Shown one piece after another: positions 58,401 to 64,000 of a stretch of DNA of 64,000 bases (positions within the stretch are counted from its first letter, which is position 1; every line of letters begins with the position of its first letter). Made by a program: the position numbers and the translations under genes. The DNA is from Eledone cirrhosa (Eukaryota), in assembly GCA_964016885.1 (NCBI GenBank), contig OZ024743.1, positions 131,998,001-132,062,000 on the forward strand, written 5' to 3'. The notes under the pieces are model-generated. The model had not been told where the DNA came from and made no database searches. It was given only the letters and a program-made list of their open reading frames with translations.

Positions 58401-61400
58401 TGTTTGGTGTTTGGTGTTTGCTGTTTGGTGTCTGCTTTTTGGTGTTTGGTGTTTGCTGTATGGTGTTTGCTGTTTCGTGTTTGGTGTTTGCTGTTTGGTG
58501 TTTGGTGTTTGCTGTTTGGTGTTTGGTCTTTGGTGCTTGGTGTTTGGTGCTTGGTGCTTGGTGTTTGGTGTTTGGTGCTTGGTGCTTGGTGCTTGGTGTT
58601 TGGTGCTTGGTGTCTGGTGCTTGGTGTCTGGTGCTTGGTGTTTGGTGTGTGGTGTTTGGTGCTTGGTGTTTGGTGTTTGGTGTTTGGTGTTTGGTGCTTG
58701 TTGCTTGGTGCTTGGTGCTTGGTGTTTGGTGCTTGGTGCTTGGTGTTTGGTGCTGGGTGCTTGGTGTTTGGTGCTTGGTGCTTGGTGCTTGGTGTTTGGT
58801 GTTTGGTGTTTGGTGTTATATGCTTGGTGTTTGATGCTTGGTGCTTGGTGCTTGGTGTTTGGTGTTTGGTCCTTGGTGTTTTATGCTTGGTGTTTGATGT
58901 TTGGTGCTTGGTGCTTGGTGTTTGGTGCTTGGTGCTTGGTGTTTGTACTTGGTGCTTGGTGCTTGGTTCTTGGTGTTTGGTGCTTGGTGCTTGGTGCTTG
59001 GTGCTTGGTGTTTGGTGCTTGGTGTTTGGTGCTTGGTGTTTGGTGCTTGGTGCCTGGTGCTTGGTGCTTGGTGCTTGGTGTTTGGTGCTTGGTGTTTGCT
59101 GCTTGGTATTAGGTGTTTGGTGCTTGGTGCTTGGTGTTTGGTGTTTGGTGCTTGGTGTTTGGTGCTTGGTGTTTGGTGTTTGGTGCTTGGTGTTTGGTGC
59201 TTGGTACTTGGTGCTTGGTGCTTGGTGTTAGGTGTTTGGTGCTTGGTGCTTGGTGTTTGGTTTTTGGTGCTTGGTGCTTGGTGTTTGGTGTTTGGTGCTT
59301 GCTGCTGGCTGCTTGGTGTTTGGTGCTTGGTGATTGGTGCTTGGTGTTTGGTGCTTGGTGTTTGGTGTTTGGTACTAGGTGCTTGGTGCTTGGTGTTTGG
59401 TGCTTGGTGCTTGGTGTTTGGTGCTTGGTGCTGGGTTCTGGGTGGTTGGTGTTTGGTGCTTGGTGTTTGGTGCTGGGTGCTTGGTGTTTGGTGCTTGGTG
59501 CTTGGTCTTTGGTGTTTGGTGTTTGGTGTTTGGGGCTTGGTGCTTGGTGCTTGGTGTTTGGTGCTTGGTGCTTGGTGTTTGGTGTTTGGTGTTTGGTGTT
59601 TGCTGTTTGGTGTCTGCTTTTTGGTGTTTGGTGTTTGCTGTATGTTATTTGCTGTTTGGTGTTTGGTGTTTGGTGTTTGGTGCTGGGGTTCTTGGTGTTT
59701 GGTGCTTGGTGCTTGGTGTTTGGTGCCTGGTGCTTGGGGCTTGGTGTTTGGTGTTTGGTGCTTGGTGCTTGGAGTTTGGTGTTTGGTGCTTGGTGCTTGG
59801 TGTTTTGTGTTTGGTGTTTGGTTTTTGGTGCTTGGTGCTTGGTGCTTGGTGCTTGGTCCTTGGTGTTTGGTGCTTGGTGCTTGGTGTTTGTACTTGGTGC
59901 TTGGTGCTTGGTGTTTGGTTCTTGGTTCTTGGTGTTTGGTACTTGGTGCTTGGTGCTTGGTGTTTGGTGCTTGGTGCTTGGTGTTTGGTGTTTGGTGTTT
60001 GGTGCTTGGTGCTTGGTGTTTGGTGCTTGGTGCTTGGTGCTGGGTGGTTGGTATTTGGTGCTTGGTGCTTGGTGTTTGGTGCTTGGTGCTTGGTGCTTGG
60101 TGTTTGGTGCTTGGTGCTTGGTGCTTGGTCTTTGGTGCTTGGTGCTTTGTGTTTGGTGCTTGGTGATTAGTGATTGGTGCTTGGTGCTTGGGGTTTGGTG
60201 TTTGGTGCTTGGTACTTGGTGTTTGGTGCTTGGTGTTTGGTGTTTGCTGTTTGGTGTTTGGTGTTTGGTGTTTGCTGTTTGGTGTCTGCTTTTTGGTGTT
60301 TGGTGTTTGCTGTATGATGTTTGCTGTTTCGTGTTTGGTGTTTGCTGTTTGGTGTTTGGTGTTTGCTGTTTGGTGTTTGGTCTTTGGTGCTTGGTGTTTG
60401 GTGCTTGGTGCTGGGTGTTTGGTGTTTGGTGCTTGGTGTTTGGTGTTTGGTGCTTGGTGCTTGGTGCTTGGTGTTTGCTGTTTGGTGTTTGGTGCTTGGT
60501 GTCTGGTGCTTGGTGTTTGGTGTTTGGTGTTTGGTGCCTGGTGTTTGGTGTTTGGTGTTTGGTGCTTGTTGCTTGGTGCTTGGTGCTTGGTGTTTGGTGC
60601 TTGGTGCTTGGTGTTTGGTGCTGGGTGCTTGGTGTTTGGGGCTTGGTGCTTGGTGCTTGGTGTTTGGTGTTTGGTGCTAGGTGCTTGGTGTTTGGTGTTT
60701 GGTGTTTGATGCTTGGTGTTTGGTGCTTGGTGTTTGGTGCTTGGTGCTTGGGGCTTGGTGTTTGGTGCTTGGTGCTTGGTGCTTGGTGTTTGGTGCTTGG
60801 TGCTTGGTGTTTGGTGTTTGGTGTTTGGTGCTTGGTGCTTGGTGTTTGGTGCTTGGTGCTTGGTGCTGGGTGGTTGGTATTTGGTGCTTGGTGCTTGGTG
60901 TTTGGTGCTTGGTGCTTGGTGCTTGGTGTTTGGTGCTTGGTGCTTGGTGCTTGGTCTTTGGTGCTTGGTGTTTGGTGTTTGGTGCTTGGTGCTTTGTGTT
61001 TGGTGCTTGGTGATTAGTGTTTGGTGCTTGGTACTTGGTGTTTGGTGCTTGGTGTTAGGCGTTTGCTGTTTGGTGTTTGGTGTTTGGTGTTTGCTGTTTG
61101 GTGTCTGCTTTTTGGTGTTTGGTGGTTGCTGTATGGTGTTTGCTGTTTCGTGTCTGGTGTTTGCTGTTTGGTGTTTGGTGTTTGCTGTTTGGTGTTTGGT
61201 CTTTGGTGCTTGGTGTTTGGTGCTTAGTGCTTGGTGTTTGGTGTTTGGTGCTTGGTGTTTGGTGTTTGGTGCTTGGTGCTTGGTGCTTGGTGTTTGGTGC
61301 TTGGTGTCTGGTGCTTGGTGTCTGGTGCTTGGTGCTTGGTGTTTGGTGTTTGGTGCTTGGTGTTTGGTGTTTGGTGCTTGTTGCTTGGTGCTTGGTGCTT

Positions 61401-62320
61401 GGTGTTTGGTGCTTGGTGCTTGGTGTTTGGTGCTGGGTGCTTGGTGTTTGGTGCTTGGTGCTTGGTGTTTGGTGTTTGGTGCTTGGTGCTTGGTGTTTGG
61501 TGTTTGGTGTTATATGCTTGGTGTTTGGTGCTTGGTGCTTGGTGTTTGGTGTTTGGTTCTTGATGCTTGGTATTTGGTGCTTGGTGCTTGCTGCTTGGTG
61601 TTTGGTGCTTGGTGATTGATGCTTGGTGTTTGGTGCTTGGTGCTTGGTGTTTGGTTTTTGGTGCTAGGTGCTTGGTGCTTGGTGTTTGGTGCTTGGTGTT
61701 TGGTGTTTGGTGCTTGGTGCTTGGTGTTTGGTACTTGCTGCTTGGAGCTTGGTGTTTGGTGCTTAGTGCTTGGTGTTTGGTGTTTGGTGTTTGGTGCTTG
61801 GTGCTTGGTGTTTGGTGCTTGGTGCTTGGTGCTGGGTGGTTGGTGTTTGGTGCTTGGTGCTTGGTGTTTCGTGCTTGGTGCTTGGTGCTTGGTCTTTGGT
61901 GTTTGGTGTTTATTGCTTGGTGCTTGGTGCTTGGTGCTTGGTGCTTGGTCCTTGGTGTTTGGTGCTTGGTGCTTGGTGTTTGGTGTTTGGTGCTTGGTGC
62001 TTGGTGCTTCGTGTTTGGTGTTTGGTGTTTGGTGCTTGGTGTTTGGTGTTTGGTGCTTGGTGCTTGGTGTTTGGTGCTTGGTGCTTGGTGTTTGTACTTG
62101 GTGCTTGGTGCTTGGTGTTTGGTGCTTGGTTCTTGGTGTTTGGTGCTTGGTGTTTGGAGCTTGGTGCTTGGTGTTTGGTGCTTGGTGCTTGGTGTTTGTA
62201 CTTGGTGCTTGGTGCTTGGTGTTTGGTGCTTGGTTCTTGGTGTTTGGTGCTTGGTGTTTGGAGCTTGGTGCTTGGTGTTTGGTGCTTGGTGCTTGGTGTT
62301 TGGTGTTTGGTGCTTGGTGC
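52452..62320. repeat. About 9.9-kb collinear copy of 36888-52450, lacking the extra 2.0-kb and 3.4-kb internal duplications
   Basis: Offsets step down along the alignment: 37225/52789 (+15564), 39600/55163 (+15563), 43389/56958 (+13569), 47586/57726 (+10140), 49099/59113 (+10014), 50345/60170 (+9825), 51805/61616 (+9811). Shared 8-bp unit TGGGGTTC at about 49838/59684. Confidence 0.85.
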
Positions 62321-63590
62321 TTGGTGTTTGGTGTTTGGTGCTTAGTGTTTGGTGTTTGGTGCTTGGTGCTTGGTGTTTGTTGCTTGGTACTTGGTGCATG
62401 GTGTTTGGTGCTGGGTGCTTGGTGTTTGGTGCTTGGTGTTTGGTGCTTGGTGCTTGGTGTTTGGTGTTTGGTGTTTGATGCTTGGTGTTTTATGCTTGGT
62501 GCTTGGTGTTTGGTGCTTGGTGTTTGTACTTGGTGCTTGGTGCTTGGTGTTTTGTGCTTGGTTCTTGGTGTTTGGTGTTTGGTGCTTTGTTCTTGGTGCT
62601 TGGTGTTAGGTGTTTGGTGCTTGGTGCTTGGTGTTTGGTGTTTGGTCCTTGGTGCTTGGTGCTTGGTGTTTAGTGCCTGGTGCTTGGTGTTTGTTGTTTG
62701 GTGCTTTCTGTTTGCTGCTTGGTGTTTGCTGCTTGGTGCTTGGTGTTTGGTGTTTGGTGCTAGGTGCTTGGTGTTTGGTGTTTGGTGTTTGATGCTTGGT
62801 GTTTGGTGCTTGGTGTTTGGTGCTTGGTGCTTGGGGCTTGGTGTTTGGTGCTTGGTGCTTGGTGCTTGGTGATTGGTGCTTGGTGCTTGGTGTTTGGTGC
62901 TTGGTGCTTGGTGCTTGGTCTTTGGTGCTTGGTGTTTGGTGTTTGGTGCTTGGTGCTTTGTGTTTGGTGCTTGGTGATTAGTGTTTGGTGCTTGGTACTT
63001 GGTGTTTGGTGCTTGGTGTTTGGTGTTTGCTGTTTGGTGTTTGGTGTTTGGTGTTTGCTGTTTGGTGTCTGCTTTTTGGTGTTTGGTGTTTGCTGTATGG
63101 TGTTTGCTGTTTCGTGTTTGGTGTTTGCTGTTAGGTGTTTGGTGTTTGCTGTTTGGTGTTTGGTCTTTGGTGCTTGGTGTTTGGTGCTTGGTGCTTGGTG
63201 TTTGGTGTTTGGTGCTTGGTGCTTGGTGCTTGGTGTTTGGTGCTTGGTGTCTGGTGCTTGGTGTCTGGTGCTTGGTGTTTGGTGTTTGGTGTATGGTGCT
63301 TGGTGTTTGGTGTTTGGTTTTTGGTGTTTGGTGCTTGTTGCTTGGTGCTTGGTGCTTGGTGTTTGGTGCTTGGTGCTTGGTGTTTGGTGCTGGGTGCTTG
63401 GTGTTTGGTGCTTGGTGCTTGGTGCTTGGTGTTTGGTGTTTGGTGTTTGGTGTTATATGCTTGGTGTTTGATGCTTGGTGCTTGGTGCTTGGTGTTTGGT
63501 GTTTGGTCCTTGGTGTTTTATTCTTGGTGTTTGATGTTTGGTGCTTGGTGCTTGGTGTTTGGTGCTTGGTGCTTGGTGTTTGGTGCTTGG
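55990..63590. repeat. Right-end HOR similarity, period about 4.6-4.7 kb (partial second copy)
   Basis: ORF pairs 56009/60681 (+4672), 56958/61616 (+4658), 57726/62349 (+4623) and 58344/62981 (+4637). TTATTGC at 57252/61910. Confidence 0.8.
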
Positions 63591-63629
63591 TGCTTGGTGC
63601 TTGGTCTTTGGTGCTTGGTGTTTGGTGTT

Positions 63630-63860
63630 TGGTGCTTGGTGCTTTGTGTTTGGTGCTTGGTGATTAGTGTTTGGTGCTTGGTACTTGGTGTTTGGTGCTT
63701 GGTGTTAGGCGTTTGCTGTTTGGTGTTTGGTGTTTGGTGTTTGGTGCTTGGTGCTTTGTGTTTGGTGCTTGGTGATTAGTGTTTGGTGCTTGGTACTTGG
63801 TGTTTGGTGCTTGGTGTTAGGCGTTTGCTGTTTGGTGTTTGGTGTTTGGTGTTTGCTGTT
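63630..63860. repeat. Local 112-bp (16-unit) tandem duplication
   Basis: GCTTTGTGTTTGGTGCTTGGTGATTAGTG...GTTAGGCGTTTGCTG occurs at about 63641 and 63753. ORF stops at 63667 and 63779. Confidence 0.88.
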
Positions 63861-64000
63861 TGGTGTCTGCTTTTTGGTGTTTGGTGGTTGCTGTATGGTG
63901 TTTGCTGTTTCGTGTCTGGTGTTTGCTGTTTGGTGTTTGGTGTTTGCTGTTTGGTGTTTGGTCTTTGGTGCTTGGTGTTTGGTGCTTAGTGCTTGGTGTT

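Larger units (their letters stand above)
1..64000. repeat. Heptameric satellite array (TTGGTGY)n / (RCACCAA)n, about 9,100 units, one orientation, running off both ends of the window
   Basis: Every line consists of TTGGTGC and TTGGTGT units with scattered variants (TTGCTGT, TTGGTAC, TTGATGC, TAGGTGY, TTGGTTC, TGGGTGC, TTAGTGY). I found no non-repeat segment and no inverted segment. Confidence 0.99.

Noticed and set aside
2196-62399. Minus-strand KHQAPST/KHQTPNT ORFs resembling mucin or RNA polymerase II CTD-like heptads
   Set aside because: They are the reverse complement of the same 7-mer. Starts come from sporadic CAT variants, there is no synonymous-site variation pattern, and there is no non-repetitive N- or C-terminus.
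11-63989. Hundreds of + strand ORFs (up to 994 aa) resembling Trp/Cys-rich membrane proteins
   Set aside because: They overlap in all three frames with the same heptapeptide, start mostly at TTG/GTG inside repeat units, contain no unique domain and show no frame preference. They are translations of the satellite.
1-64000. CRISPR-like or other repeat-spacer array
   Set aside because: There are no unique spacers. The sequence between recurring markers is the same heptamer, and no cas or other genes are present.
1-64000. Canonical telomere tract
   Set aside because: The unit is not TTAGGG, TTTAGGG, TTAGG or TTGGGG. Isolated TTAGG and TTGGGG strings are single-substitution variants, and multi-kb copying of variant patterns is not expected from telomerase addition.
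1-64000. Bacterial heptamer repeats (cyanobacterial STRR-type or other intergenic 7-mer tracts)
   Set aside because: Those are short tracts between genes. A gene-free array of at least 64 kb with HORs does not fit, though the taxon cannot be established from this window.
1-64000. Sequencing artefact or synthetic DNA data-storage code
   Set aside because: Rare variants and indels are inherited faithfully in nested, slightly diverged copies, which fits natural satellite evolution. Exact copy number could still be mis-assembled.

Overview
The whole 64-kb window is one uninterrupted, single-orientation satellite array of the heptamer TTGGTGY (TTGGTGC/TTGGTGT; reverse complement RCACCAA), roughly 9,100 units. 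I see no unique sequence, credible gene, RNA gene, transposon or CRISPR array. All ORFs in the track are by-products of a stop-free 7-mer: LVLGAWC/LVFGVWC heptapeptides on the + strand and KHQAPST/KHQTPNT on the - strand. The real structure lies in how the variants are arranged. The C/T pattern, rare substitution variants and a few 5-, 6- and 8-bp units are copied in nested higher-order repeats (HORs) with periods of about 104, 112, 119, 1650, 2001, 2650, 3400, 4650, 4735-4742, 5699, 5822 and 7654 bp, plus an about 10-kb copy whose partner was later expanded by internal duplications. A recurring 6-bp unit (TTGTAC) and recurring TTGCTGT-rich blocks point to an older kb-scale monomer. The source organism and function (centromeric, pericentromeric, subtelomeric or other) cannot be determined from the sequence. 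I do not recognise the monomer as a named satellite family.
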